This document shows, one piece after another, positions 12,301 to 26,487 of a stretch of DNA of 64,000 nt (positions are counted from its first letter, which is position 1; each line of letters begins with the position of its first letter). This stretch comes from Macrostomum lignano (lineage: Eukaryota), in assembly GCA_002269645.1 (NCBI GenBank), contig NIVC01000067.1:744001-808000 (forward strand), read 5' to 3'. The notes under the pieces are model-generated. The model worked only from the letters and a program-made list of their open reading frames with translations, was not told the origin of the DNA and did not search any database. Both the position numbers and the translations under genes were made by a program.

Positions 12301-15300
12301 AGGAATGTGACAGGAGTGTGTTTAGGATGTGTCAGGAATGTGTTCAGGCACGTGTCAGGAACGTTTCAGAAATGTGACAGGAACGTGTCAGAAGTGTGAC
12401 AGGAGTGTGTTCAAAAACGTGTCTTGAACATGACAGGAATGTGTCAGAATTTTGTCAGGAATGTGTTAAAAATGTGTCAGGAATGTGTTAGGAATGTGTT
12501 AGGAATGTGTTAAAAAATGTGTCAGAATTGTGTTAGGAATGTATTAAAAAATGTGTCAGAATTGTGTCAGGAATGTATTAAAAAATGTGTCAGGAATGTG
12601 ACAGAAATGTGTCAGAATTTTGTCAGGAATGTGTTAAAAAATGTGTCAGAATTGTGTCAGGAATGTGTCAGGAATGTGTCAGGAATTGAACCCGGGTACT
12701 TTGGCTTGGAGTCGGACTGGTTAAACCGCCAAGCCGCTGTCCCCCTCCCCAGATGCAAGCTAGTCGTAAACTCACTCAACAGCAAATTATTTTGGCTCAC
12801 CGAGTCGAAAAGATCTGGCGGAGTTGCCGCACACCTGGGCCACGTCCGGGTTTGCCGACCAACCGATCGGGTAGAGCAGGCAGGTGAGCAAAATGCAGAT
12901 CGCTGATGGATGAGCGGGGGAGAGAGTTGGGAGAGGCTTTTGAGGGGATTTTTTATTCAGCTAGTTGCCACGGCGAGCTTTTATGAACTGCTTGTGGCTT
13001 TAGGGCTGAGGCATTTAATATACTGTAGTAGTTGGATAGATATGGATAGAGATGGATAGAGATGGATAGAGAAGAATAGAGATGGATAGAGATGGATAGA
13101 GATGGATAGAGATGGATAGAGATGGATAGAGATGGGTAGAGATGGATGAAGATGGATAGAGATGGGTAGAGATGAATAGAGATGGATAGAGATGGATAGA
13201 GATGGATAGAGATGGGTAGAGATGAATAGAGATGGATAGAGATGGATAGAGATGGATAGAGATGGATAGAGATGGGTAGAGATGAATAGAGATAGATAGA
13301 GATGGATAGATATGGATATAGATGGATAGAGATGGATAGAGATGGATAGAGATGGATAGAGATGGATAGAGATGGATAGAGATGGATAGAGATGGATAGA
13401 GATGGGTAGAGATGGATAGAGATGGGTAGAGATGGGTAGAGATGGATAGAGATGGATAAAGATAGATAGAGATGGGTAGAGATGGATAGAGATGGATAGA
13501 GATGGATATAGATGGATAGAGATGGGTAGAGATGGATATAGATGGATAGAGATGGGTAGAGATGAATAGAGATGGATAGAGATGGATAGAGATGGATAGA
13601 GATGGGTAGAGATGAATAGAGATGGATAGAGATGGATAGAGATGGACAGAGATGGATAGAGATTGGTAGAGATGAATAGAGATGGATATAGATGAATAGA
13701 GATGGGTAGAGATGAATAGAGATGGATAGAGATGGATAGAGATGGATAGAGATGGATAGAGATGGGTAGAGATGAATAGAGATGGATAGAGATGGATAGA
13801 GATGGATAGAGATGGATAGAGATGGGTAGAGATGAATAGAGATGGATAGAGATGGATAGAGATGGATAGAGATGGATAGAGATGGGTAGAGATGAATAGA
13901 GATGGATAGAGATGGATAGAGATGGATAGAGATGGATAGAGATGGGTAGATAGAGATGGATGGATAGAGATGGAATGGACAGAGATGGATAGAGATGGGT
14001 AGAGATGAATAGAGATGGATATAGATGGATAGAGATGGATAGAGATGGATATAGATGGATAGATGGATGGATGGATAGAGATGGATGGATAGAGATGGAT
14101 GGATAGAGATGGATGGATAGAGATGGATGGATAGAGATGGATGGATAGAGATGGATGGATAGAGATGGATGGATAGAGATGGATGGATAGAGATGGATGG
14201 ATAGAGATGGATGGATAGAGATGGATGGATAGAGATGGATGGATAGAGATGGATGAATAGAGATGGATGGATAGAGATGGATGGATAGAGATGGATGGAT
14301 AGAGATGGATGGATAGAGTTGGATGGATAGAGATGGATGGATAGAGATGGATCTGCAGTTAGCAGGGGGGGGGGTAAAGCTGAAGAAATAAAAAACAGCG
14401 GTTGCTAAGGAGCCCCAAGAAGTCAATGAGGTACAAAATGAGTCCCGGAACAAGTTGGCACAGCAAACAAGAGCAGCCGAGAGCAAACCATGACGGGGCT
14501 GATAGAGGCCTCCCTCGCCACAGCAGCCAGCAACACATGGAGCAGATGGGCCCCGCAGTTGGAGCCGCAAAAGCAGACATTTGGCCGCCGGGAGAAGAAA
14601 CTCAGCAATGAAACAACTCCCTCACATATAGAGCATTAGGCATACCCTCACACTGGAAGGCTGGTATAGCAACAAGGGGACTGAGAGCTTTCTGTATTCA
14701 TTAAATATTTATGATCACCTGCAGTTTAGCCGCCAAATACGGCGCGCTCCACTTTTTGAATTGCTTTATCGATATTACAGCGAATTAATTAGTTAATTAA
14801 TTAATCCTTATAGCGGCTAATTTGCTATGCTGGGCGGGCCGCCCCGGGAGGGCTGAAACGCCTTGGGAAATCTTTAAGTCTGAGTTGAGGCGCAAGGCAA
14901 GCACTGGCCGGGACAGGACAGCCCTGCGAGTGCTGGATGAAGAAGCAAAAAGCACCGGGTGCGAATGGGAGAGACATGTGCGGAGGTTGCGAGGAAGCAC
15001 TTCAGGCTGGGGTGGAGAGACATGGGAAAAGAAGGGAGAGGAGAGAGTATGGAGATAAGGGAAATAAGGGAGAGGAGAGTATGGAGATGAGGGAGATAAG
15101 GGAGATGGGGAGATAAGGGAGATGGGGAGAGAAGGGAGAGAAGGGATATGAGGGAGATGAGGGAGAGGATGGAGGGAGAGGAGTGAGAGGAGAAGGAAAA
15201 GGGAGAGTAGAGAGATGAGGGAGATGAGGAGAGGAGGGAGAGAAGGGAGATGAGAGGGATAAAGAAGGTAAGATCAGATGGAGATGATGGAGATGAGGGA

Positions 15301-16076
15301 GAGGAGGGAGAGAAGGGAGATGAGAGAGATAAGGAAGATAAGATCAGATGGAGATGAGGGAGATGAGGGAGAGGAGGGAGAGAAGGGAGATGAGAGAGAT
15401 AAGGAAGATAAGATCAGATGGAGATGATGGAGATGAGGGAGAGGAGGGAGAGAAGGGAGATGAGAGAGATAAGGAAGATAAGATCAGATGGAGATGAGGG
15501 AGATGGGGGAGAGGAGGGAGAGAAGGGAGATGAGAGAGATAAGGAAGATAAGATCAGATGGAGATGAGGGAGATGGGGGAGAGGAGGGAGAGAAGGGAGA
15601 TGAGAGAGATAAGGAAGATAAGATCAGATGGAGAGGAGGGAGATGAGGGAGGAGAGCAGCGGTCAGTGTGCCAGAGCCAGAGTGAGAATCAGCTGACAGG
15701 GAAATCCAACAGAAACAGGACAAGCCCCGAGCTTTCGAGCTGTCCAGCTGAGTCGGGGGCTTCAAGACGCGGCAGAGTGAGAAGAAAAACTGTAACTGGG
15801 AATCAGCCGGCAGCATCTCTCAGAACATGGCCCCAGCCCCCCCCCCCCCTGGGGCGATGGAGACCCCGGCTGCCAAGATTCCGTGCGCCTTGTGTCGGCT
15901 GGGAGAATTATCCCTAAGAGACTGGGCAGAGAGGCAAGCCGAGAGGATATAGTAGTCGTAGGCGAGCCCGTCTCATTTTGGGACACTCTGCCACCCTGCG
16001 GCGATTCGAACCACCCACCCCACTGCTTTGCCGCCATGGCCGAGAGCTGACATAGGGAGAAAAAAATTCGGAAGCG

Positions 16077-16121
<45 letters not shown>

Positions 16122-19100
16122 CGTAGTGACTTAGCGCCAACGGAAATAAAAACTGGACTCATGGGCGGGGATATGGCTGCCCCGGGACTCAAGACAGAGA
16201 AAGGCCAGGCCCTCCGCCTTCTGGCACATAGAAAATCTAAGATAGGAGGAGTAGAGATCAGTTCTGACACGCTGAGATGCCTGCTTGCAAAAAAATGTTA
16301 ATTAGTGCTTCTTGAGATGGAGAATCGCAATAGATTTATTTGTGGCTGTGATGAGAGAGTGCTGGCTGCGGACTGTGAGGTCGCGGGAGACTGAGATAAA
16401 GGCAAGAGAGTCTGAGACAAAGGCGAGAGAGGCTGAGACAAAGGCGAGAGAGTCTGAGACAAAGGCGAGAGAGGCTGAGACAAAGGCGAGAGAGTCTGAG
16501 ACAAAGGCGAGAGAGGCTGAGACAAAGGCGAGAGATTCTGAGATAAAGGCGAGAGAGTCTGAGACAAAGGCGAGAGAGGCTGAGACAAAGGCGAGAGAGG
16601 CTGAGACAAAGGCGAGAGAGGCTGAGACAAAGGCGAGAGAGGCTGAGACAAAGGCGAGAGAGGCTGAGACAAAGGCGAGAGAGGCTGAGGCAAAGGCGAG
16701 AGAGGCTGAGACAAAGGCGAGAGAGTCTGAGACAAAGGCGAGAGAGGCTGAGACAAAGGCGAGAGAGTCTGAGACAAAGGCGAGAGAGGCTGAGGCAAAG
16801 GCGAGAGAGGCTGAGGCAAAGGCGAGAGAGGCTGAGACAAAGGCGAGAGAGGCTGAGGCAAAGGCGAGATCCAAAGAATCAGGGTGAAGAGGCACTGAGA
16901 CGAAGACTTGCTGAGAAACGCAGCGCAAGAACGCAGGGAAGACAGGCTCTGATTGCAGCAGAACTGGTGGGTGAGGAGGTCGAGGAGCCCTCGAACTGAG
17001 GGCTGGCACAACTCCAGGCCACGCACGGAAAGAAGATTTTTGCTTCAGAAGGAAGCGCGGGGAAGGCAGAACGGCTCAAGAATTCTCTGAACTTAAATAG
17101 GGCCATATAAAACTGTTTACTCTCCCCCATCGGCCTCAGCCCCCCGTCATCAATCACGATCTGGTCCGAGTGGGATTTTTCTCCCATACTTTTTCTCCTC
17201 TCCCTGCCGGTGGGAATAGCTCGAAGAGGAAAAGTGGAATGAAATTCCAACTGTAAATGTGCGGCGCTATCTGTTCCGAATTTTTGCTTTTCTCACTTTC
17301 TTCCACTTTCACATATCCGCTCTAATATTTATTTTTTGGTCAGTGAATAATCCCGCAATGCAGTAAGATAGATGAGCACTCTTCCAGGGCACTTGTTAAA
17401 GAAGGATAGCGACTAATACGCTATTCCTTCAAGGATGCTTGAACTGTAAGTCACTCCCAGAGATGAGACTGAAAGTTTTCAATAAATATTTTTAAAGGGT
17501 ATTCGAATGAGCAGTACGAGTACGACAGTACGAGAGTACGACAGTACGACAGTACGAGAGTACGACAGTACGACAGTACGAGAGTACGACAGTACGAGAG
17601 TACGACAGTACGACAGTACGAGAGTACGACAGTACGAGAGTACGACAGTACGAGAGTACGACAGTACGAGAGTACGACAGTACGACAGTATGAGAGTACG
17701 ACAGTACGACAGTACGAGAGTACGACAGTACGAGAGTGCGAGAGTATGAGAGTACAAGAGTGCGAAGATACGAGAGTATCAAATCGTTCTCACCCGCGCT
17801 GAGCTGAGCCAGGCCGCAGGCGACTAGCACCGGCCGGATGCGCAGCACCAGCAGCCGGAAGCCGCTGAAGGCCAGGAAGAAGGTGAGCAGCAGGGTCAGG
17901 CAGCTGGCTGCGGCCATCAGAGCGAAGGCTGCACGCCAGGCGGGGCTGGGGATCTCGCTGAGGTGCCGATAGTGCCCGCAGTCCAGCACCAACTGAACCC
18001 GGCCGTCCGGCCCCAGAGCCGGGTAGGCGCACAGGCGAAAGAGTCCCAGATCGCTGAGGTGGCGGGCCGCCGCGGCAGAGTCCGGGACGGCGGCTGCGCT
18101 GTCCCGGCTTCCCTTGAGCCAGTAGGGCAGCAGAAACGCCGCCGAAGCCATCATGCCGCTGGCCCAGCACATGAACACCCAGCCGGCCCACAGACAGCGG
18201 AGCGGCTGCTGCTGCTGATGATGCCGATGCTCGAGCAGCCGCTGCCGTGACGGCGAAGCCGATCCGCCCAGCACCGCGGCAAACTCGGAGGCGGCGCCAA
18301 AAGTAGAGCCGCCGTCCGCGTCTGCGGCCACCTTGCGTCGGCGTTCCAACAGCTGGAGCGTCTTGCAGCTGTGCGCCTGCTGGCGCTGTTGATGAGATTG
18401 GAGAGGCTGCAGCTGCTGGTGCTGCGGGGGCTCCCAGGTCGACGCCAGACTGCCCATTGAGCACCTGCAGTAGAGGATCAAATGCGGGTCATGAGCAGCT
18501 TTATGAGTTGTATGAGCACTACTGCAGCTGTATGAGCACTACTGCAGCTGTATGAGCACTATTGCAGCTGTATGAGCACTATTGCAGCTGTATGAGCACT
18601 ACTGCAGCTATATGAACACTATTGCAGCTGTATGAGCACTATTGCAGCTTTATGAACACTATTGCAGCTGTATGAGCACTATTGCAGCTGTATGAGCACT
18701 ATTGCAGCTGTATGAGCACTACTGCAGCTATATGAACACTATTGCAGCTGTATGAGCACTATTGCAGCTGTATGAGCACTATTGCAGCTGTATGAGCACT
18801 ATTGCAGCTGTATGAACACTATTGCAGCTGTATGAGCACTATTGCAGCTGTATGAGCACTTTTGCAGCTGTATGAGCACTACTGCAGCTGTATGAGCACT
18901 TTTGCAGCTGTATGAGCACTATTGCAGCTGTATGAGCACTATTGCAGCTGTATGAGCACTACTGCAGCTATATGAACACTATTGCAGCTGTATGAGCACT
19001 ATTGCAGCTGTATGAGCACTATTGCAGCTGTATGAGCACTATTGCAGCTTTATGAGCACTTTTGCAGCTATATGAACACTATTGCAGCTGTATGAGCACT

Positions 19101-19456
19101 ATTGCAGCTGTATGAGCACTACTGCATGAGATTTACTGAAACTTCCGCAAGAGTTCCCACTTTAATATCCTAATGGATTATGGGATTTTGCCCTAAGCTA
19201 CAGGTGACTCGCATGGTTACTCACGCAATGTAACGAGAGGGACAACACAAATGAGTTTTATCTACCTAGTTGGAGTCTGATGATGCAGAAGCTGCTGATG
19301 CTGGGGAGTCAGACTCCTACTGTGGCTTCCACTGCCGATCTCCGCCTCCTCCTCAGCTGCCAGGGCTCCATCGTCTGCGTCTTCATCTTCCAGAGCCAGC
19401 ATCCTGAAACTTGAGAGCAGCGGAGCGCCTGACTCAGGGTCAGGGGGCATGGGCAT
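9363..19456 (-). CDS. LHFPL: LHFPL/LHFP-family tetraspan protein; exons 19456-19266, 18464-17794, 12902-12801, 9652-9363
   Basis: Family motifs [40 protein letters not shown]...VAQVCG and [12 protein letters not shown] match LHFP/LHFPL2. All three introns are GT-AG and the exon phases join in frame (2,1,1). Confidence 0.9.
9715..10290. repeat. 30-bp minisatellite (AATTCCCCAGAATTGCATAGAACTACTCAG) near the LHFPL last-exon acceptor
   Basis: Seen directly. Confidence 0.95.
10895..11650. repeat. (GAGGA)n pentanucleotide microsatellite
   Basis: Seen directly. Confidence 0.95.
12215..12685. repeat. degenerate 10-11 bp repeat (AGGAATGTGTC)
   Basis: Seen directly. Confidence 0.85.
12683..12735 (-). 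mobile_element. tRNA-like (Pol III A/B box) SINE head remnant
   Basis: Minus strand reads ggcttggcggtttaaccagtccgactccaagccaaagtacccgggttcaattcc, with a B box GGTTCAATTCC. Confidence 0.4.
13030..14350. repeat. (GATGGATAGA)n 10-bp repeat switching to a 14-bp (GATGGATGGATAGA)n unit near 14060
   Basis: Seen directly. Confidence 0.95.
15030..15655. repeat. GA-rich compound repeat with a recurring ~60-bp unit
   Basis: GAGAGAGATAAGGAAGATAAGATCAGATGGAGATG recurs. Confidence 0.85.
16077..16118. repeat. (CA)n microsatellite
   Basis: Seen directly. Confidence 0.95.
16385..16870. repeat. 21-bp minisatellite (GAGACAAAGGCGAGAGAGGCT)
   Basis: Seen directly. Confidence 0.95.
17510..17775. repeat. 8-bp repeat (AGTACGAC/AGTACGAG) next to an LHFPL splice donor
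   Basis: Seen directly. Confidence 0.93.
18493..19125. repeat. 20-bp minisatellite (TATGAGCACTATTGCAGCTG) filling LHFPL intron 1
   Basis: Seen directly. Confidence 0.95.
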
Positions 19457-19784
19457 CGAGCACGCATTGATTCCGGCTGCACACCTGGGCCAGTGTCTGC
19501 CAACTCACCAACTGTAGCCTCGGACGACAATTTTCGGGGAAAAGTCATATTGATACAATTGTGCTCAAACAGAGATATCAAGTTGCTACACTTTGCGTTT
19601 GACTTCGGTTTAAGATTGTTAAATAGACTGAAGCGAGTGGGTAGGGGCTGTTTGATCCTCTCTCCCTCCTGTCCCTAGCGTGTAGCCATGAACCTAGCAT
19701 TTGTCTTAAAATGTACAACTTCACCTTATTTCACCTGGCATAGCATGTGCTAGGACACAGTTTCTGTTTATGTCAGATCATAAA

Positions 19785-21121
<1,337 letters not shown>

Positions 21122-21577
21122 AGCAGCTCACCCAGTGTCCGCAACAGAAGTGCAGAGGCCTACAGAGCCAGAGCAGTGCTGTGTTTCAGTGTCAGTGCCG
21201 CAGTCCGGACAATGGGCTCAGTGCCGTGGTCTCGCTGGCATGCTGAAACTTCATACAATTTTCTACCCGGCTCAGTGACTGCTAGGGAATAAAATCCCCC
21301 CTGCACCCGTCACTCAACCGCCCAGCAGCAGCCAATCAGCACTGAAGCCTGCTGCCCAGTCTCTCACTGCATCCCACCCTGTCTGTCGGATTGCCGCATG
21401 CGGTCTCCGTGCTGACCTCCCTATCGCAAAATCTATAAATACACAGAGCCCTCCTTCTCACTATCCTTCTCCAAAAGCCTCAAACCCTTTTTATTATCCA
21501 CAATATTGCCGTCCTTAACAATGACACGATCTCCGCTTCAATCCGCGGAATTCCGCTGACTCCACGAACTCAAACAC

Positions 21578-21790
21578 ACGTTCACACAGGGTGCACAGCG
21601 GTCCTGACTTTCTAATCGTCAGGCATGTACATTCTCTGCGCCATTTGGGGTGGGTGTTGGCTCTCACAGGTGTAAATCGCACGACAGCCCCCTGGCCACA
21701 AGCCCCAAGTGAATGTGGAATCGAACCAGGGATCGTGACGCAAGAGCCAGACGCGTGGCAGAGCGTGCATGCAGCAGACCGAGAGCTTGA
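21578..21790 (-). mobile_element. tRNA-derived SINE-like element
   Basis: Minus strand has B box GGTTCGATTCC, then ATTCACTTGGGGCTTGTG ... CCTGTGTGAA. The same blocks recur at 54572-54758. Confidence 0.55.
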
Positions 21791-22454
21791 GAAGTCGGAG
21801 AGATCACCAGGGGAGGGGGGTGCCGGTGGATGTCTGTCTATCAGAGCCCGCCTGCTACATGCAATTGAAAATACTTGCAGTGCAGAGTGGCCGTCCGCAC
21901 ACTCATCCTCACTGATTAGGGTTTGTTGCTGCGGCTGATTACTGACTCGCCAACGATTACGTAATAACTTCTAGATACTCAGCAGCGACCAAGTGAAAAT
22001 AGTGTGTATCTCACTCCCTACTCTCTCCATCCCTTACTATGCAGTTTAGACTTTCCCTTCCTTGACCCTAACTCCGGAAATTAGAGCTGCCATTGAGCTG
22101 TGTGAGGTCGGTGTGGCAGTCTGCCAGTATTAGTGAAATAATAAAATGACTGACTTGGCCAGCAATTATTTTTATATAGCGTCCTCACCTTTAATAAGCC
22201 ATGGACGCTTACAGTTAGACATCTGGATAGAAACCCCAGGCTAGGATTCCGCCCAAAGTCCTAGTTGTCCATGTTTAAATAGTTGATAATAAAATGGAGT
22301 TAGCTGGTTGATTGATTTTTGTAGGTGTTGTAAAACCCGCTCGCTTTAATTGCTTTTTGTTTATCTGGTGGAGAGAGTTTGACAGACAGGGTAGAACGCT
22401 ATGCTTAACCATTTTCTCACTGTCTTTTATTCATGTAGTGGTGGTGTCATCAGG

Positions 22455-23030
22455 GCGAGATTGATAAGGATGAGATTGATTATGGATAGAGATTGATAAG
22501 AGATAGTGATTGATAAGGGCGAGATTGATAAGGGCAAATTGATTATGGCAAGGTTGATAAGGGCGAGATTGATAAGGGCGAGATTGATAAGGGTAAATTG
22601 ATTATGGCAATGTTGATAAGGGCGAGATTGATAAGGGCGAGATTGATAAGGGCAAATTGATTATGGCAAGGTTGATAAGGGCGAGGTTGATAAGGGCGAG
22701 ATTGATAAGGGCAAATTGATTATGGCAAGGTTGATAAGGGCGAGGTTAATAAGGGCGAGATTGATAAGGGCGAATTGATTATGGCGAGGTTGATAAGGGC
22801 GAGATTGATTATGGTGAGGTTGATGGTGAGATTGATAAGAGATTGAGATTGACAAGGGCGAGATTGATCATGGCGCGAATGATAAAGGTGAGATTGATAA
22901 GAGCGAGATTGATAAGGGCGAAATTGATTTTGGCGAGGTTGGTAAGGGCGAGATTAATGAGGGCAAGATTGATCATGGCGAGATTGATCATGGCGAGATT
23001 GGTAAGGGCGAGAATGATAATCGCGGGATC
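22455..23030. repeat. 15-bp minisatellite (GATAAGGGCGAGATT)
   Basis: Seen directly. Confidence 0.92.
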
Positions 23031-23313
23031 GATCAGGACGAGAACCCGACGGCGTTGACGGACAGGCTAGTTTGAGAAGAAAGGGATTTCAACAGTCTTA
23101 AAGCAGACTGCCATATCAAAGTCAAAAGATGTGCATGCGAGTTTGAAGGATTGCTTCATGCCATCACCAGGAGACAACCACGAACTGTTTATTTGTTTAA
23201 AAACTGCCGTCAGTACATGCAATTACGGGCCTTTTCTTATGTTCCTACGAGCTACTAGAAGTAGAACGTAACATAAATGAGCAGCTGAATTTCCGGCACC
23301 GACTGGCATCAGA

Positions 23314-25540
23314 TCAGTCACCCTTCTTCAAGGTCATCTCCATCTCGAAGCAGGACATCAGAGAGCCGCTTCGGCTGTTGCTCAGCTCCACACGGATCTT
23401 GTAGTCACCCTGCCAGTTGTGGGCAGGTTGTACTTTTGGCTGCTTTGCTGGATTATTGAATTACATGAACTGCCTAGCTTCTAATACCTGCCTAATCTAT
23501 CACCTATAGCATATCTACCTAATCCATCACCTATAGCATATCTACCTAATCCATCACCTATAGCATATCTACCTAATCCATCACCTATAGCATATACCTA
23601 ATCCATCACCTATAGCATATCTACCTAATCCATCACCTATAGCATACCTGCCTAATCCATCACCTATAGCATACCTGCCTAATCCATCACCTATAGCATA
23701 TACCTAATCCATCACCTATAGCATACCTACCTAATCCATCACCTATAGCATCTGCCTAAGCGCCTAAACATACTAACCGCAGCCAACTCTGCTTAACTTG
23801 CTTCGCTAGCAAACGAACTAGCTAAAGCCAACAGCCTATGAACCCATTATCTGTCATCTTCCATAATTATCTGCACTTTCCGAGTCGCCGGTCTGTCATT
23901 ACTTAGAGATATATTAAATTCCAATTTCGCTACTTGCAGTAGGCTGCACAGCACATTCCATTTCTACTGTAGCTTTCATATCTCACGTTAGCGATAGCGG
24001 CCAGCAGGGAAGGAATGCCCGGCAGGTCCAGGGACCTGTCAGCGATCTCCAGTTCGGCCGGCTGGTACGGGCAGGCCCGCATGCCCTCGGAGTCCACGCT
24101 GGCGATGAGCTGGCGAATTTCGGCCGCGATCCGGGCGGAGATGCCGACCCAGTCCTCGCGTTCCATGCGGTCCAGCAGGTTGCACAGATCCGGGTAGGAG
24201 CTGCGGGTTCGGCGGCTCTGCTTGGGAATTCTGCGCTTCACTCATCTGCAGCTCTAGTCACTCACCAGCTGCTCTAGTCACTCACCTGCAGCTCTAGTCA
24301 CTCACCAGCTGCTCTAGTCACTCACCAGCTGCTCTAGTCACTCACCTGCAGCTCAAGTCACTCACCTGCAGCTCTAGTCACTCACCAGCTGCTCTAGTTA
24401 CTCACCTGCAGCTCTAGTCACTCACCAGCTGCTCTAGTCACTCACTAGAAGCTCTAGTCACTCACCAGCTGCTCTAGTCACTCACCTGCAGCTCTAGTCA
24501 CTCACCAGCTGCTCTAGTTACTCACCTGCAGCTCTTGTCACTCACCTGCAGCTCTAGTCACTCACCTGCAGCTCTAGTCACTCACCTGCAGCTCTAGTCA
24601 CTCACCAGCATCTCTAGTCACTCACCAGCATCTCTAGTCACCCACCAGCATCTCTAGTCGCTCACCAGGATCCAATATTAAAGATGCAGGGAATTCGAAC
24701 GTTGCCCAGCCACGTCTTGCGCACCAGTTCAATTTTCATGTCGATATTATCAAAAGGACGCTGGATTTTACCAGCGAATCCCAGTGTGATGCGGCCAGGC
24801 AGGGTGATGACGCTCGGCTCCAGGCTGATGGCCTGCACGTTGATGTCATCGTTGCCACCTGTGACAGATTAATCATGATGAAAGCTGGAATCCATACTCA
24901 ATTCAAACAAAAATAAACTGTGCTATTCCTATCGATTATACGTTGGTAAACAGCTGGCATGTTATATGCAAAAATGGAGAAAAAAGGGGAGTTACAAGCG
25001 AGAAGCTGCTAATGAATAGTAGAATTCTATATAGCTTAACCTGCAACACTGTACTTAAAACGGCCCTGCAGTCGGATATAGAATCTAGCGCATGACCGCG
25101 GGCCTGAGAAAGGAGAGAGGAGAGAGAAGATCGGAGAGGAGGGGAGGGAGGAGAGTGGAGGGGAGAGAAAGGAGAAAAAAAGTTGAGAAGAGTAACAATC
25201 ATTTAGCAGTCCGCATCGCTATTGTGAAGTCAAGGGCCGGAAAGAGAGGCTTTGCAGGTCGCATGTGCTTATAATATTTTAGTTCAAGAATAAAATAGTC
25301 TATGGTTACAACTCCTATTCCGACCCCAATCTGATTGTCGCACTGGTTGTGTGCAAATTCACGGCATAAATGTCTATGGTACAATGTACTGCAGTCAATA
25401 ATTTTTATATGATGACCTTAAAGTTAGGACAATAAATTTTCATAGAATAACTTACCGCACCTGGAGAACTTGAACGCGTTCGCACTACTTATAGTAAGTA
25501 GCAGGGCGGCGCACACGCAGACACTAGGAAAAGCAGGCAT
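23314..25540 (-). CDS. GM2A: GM2 ganglioside activator-like ML-domain lipid-binding protein, 195 aa; exons 25540-25456, 24858-24666, 24200-23987, 23409-23314
   Basis: Signal peptide MPAFPSVCVCAALLLTISSANA, then FKFSRC, ITLPG, IPCIFNIGSCSYPDLC, CPY and GDYKIRVEL...SCF. GT-AG introns give a 588-nt in-frame CDS. Confidence 0.9.
23490..23755. repeat. 25-27 bp repeat (CCTAATCCATCACCTATAGCATATCTA) in GM2A intron 3
   Basis: Seen directly. Confidence 0.92.
24240..24665 (-). repeat. 20-bp array whose sense unit is GTGAGTGACTAGAGCTGCAG/GTGAGTGACTAGAGCAGCTG (GM2A intron 2)
   Basis: About 21 units. The first unit contains the real donor at 24665. Confidence 0.95.
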
Positions 25541-26487
25541 AATTCTTCAAATTTGATTTAATGGAATAACAACTGCCAGGGCAGCTCCTTACGATCTGCG
25601 ACGCGTGATTGTCTTTAAATAAACTGCACCGATGCGTCTGTCGGTTTCCCAGTACATGTTAAGAACTGAATATTGTCAGTAACAATATAAACAGTATCAT
25701 ATAGAGAGAGCTCAGCATTCTTTATATCTTAGATCTCCGATTCTTAAGAATTTGCGTACGTGTGGGCATGCGGTTCAAATTTCGTGTTTGAACTCAAGTG
25801 TGTGTTTTTGGCCACTCACAGGTGCGTTATGGTTGTGACTCCACCGATCCACAGATATTTGACGACTCGCTGGACCTTGAAGAAATAGGCAATGCTAGTA
25901 CAATACAATACACTAGTTTTGCAAACTGAATGCATGCTTGATACAGCTCCAAGGATTTTCGAATAATGGCCGATTCCTAGACAGATACCCAGGTCAAGTT
26001 CTAGTTTGCTACAAAAGCTAAATCGTCTGAATTCTACAAATAATAATTGTGTAATCATTACCGTGAACGACTAATATTTCTGGTGCTGAAATCACTTAAT
26101 AACTTCAGTTTGCCCCTTGTTGCACAAGTACCAGCATGGGCACTATACTTCCAAAAGTAGTAGCTAAGCCATCTTCGTACATAGAACACTATACATTAGT
26201 TACGAGTGCAGGAAATTGATCGAAACGTCACTTCATGGTAACAGGGACTTCTGCGATTTACCATAGAGAGAAGGGACTCTGCTTTAGTAAGAAAAATGTG
26301 GGGGCTGGCTGATAGCTGAAAGAGCTTAGTGGTGAGAAAGTGCACAGTTTTCGGCTACTCAACACACTACGATTCTTTCTATGGTAAAATTTATATCGCA
26401 GAAGTCCCAGTCTCTGCTTAATGGCTGAACTGAACTGAACGTCCCGTTTCGGCCATAGACAATTCAATCAACGCAGCTAATAATATA

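Noticed and set aside
14822-15000. Peptide [24 protein letters not shown] resembling an IS630/Tc1 C-terminus
   Set aside because: Too short and divergent, with no TIR or catalytic motif nearby. Needs an HMM search.
16298-17026. AREAETK coiled-coil-like ORF and its antisense frames
   Set aside because: Translation of a 21-bp intronic minisatellite, with no splice or start context.
21600-21640. CTGACGA..GAAA on the minus strand as a hammerhead core
   Set aside because: Stems I and III and the cleavage triplet could not be formed, and the second SINE copy lacks the core.
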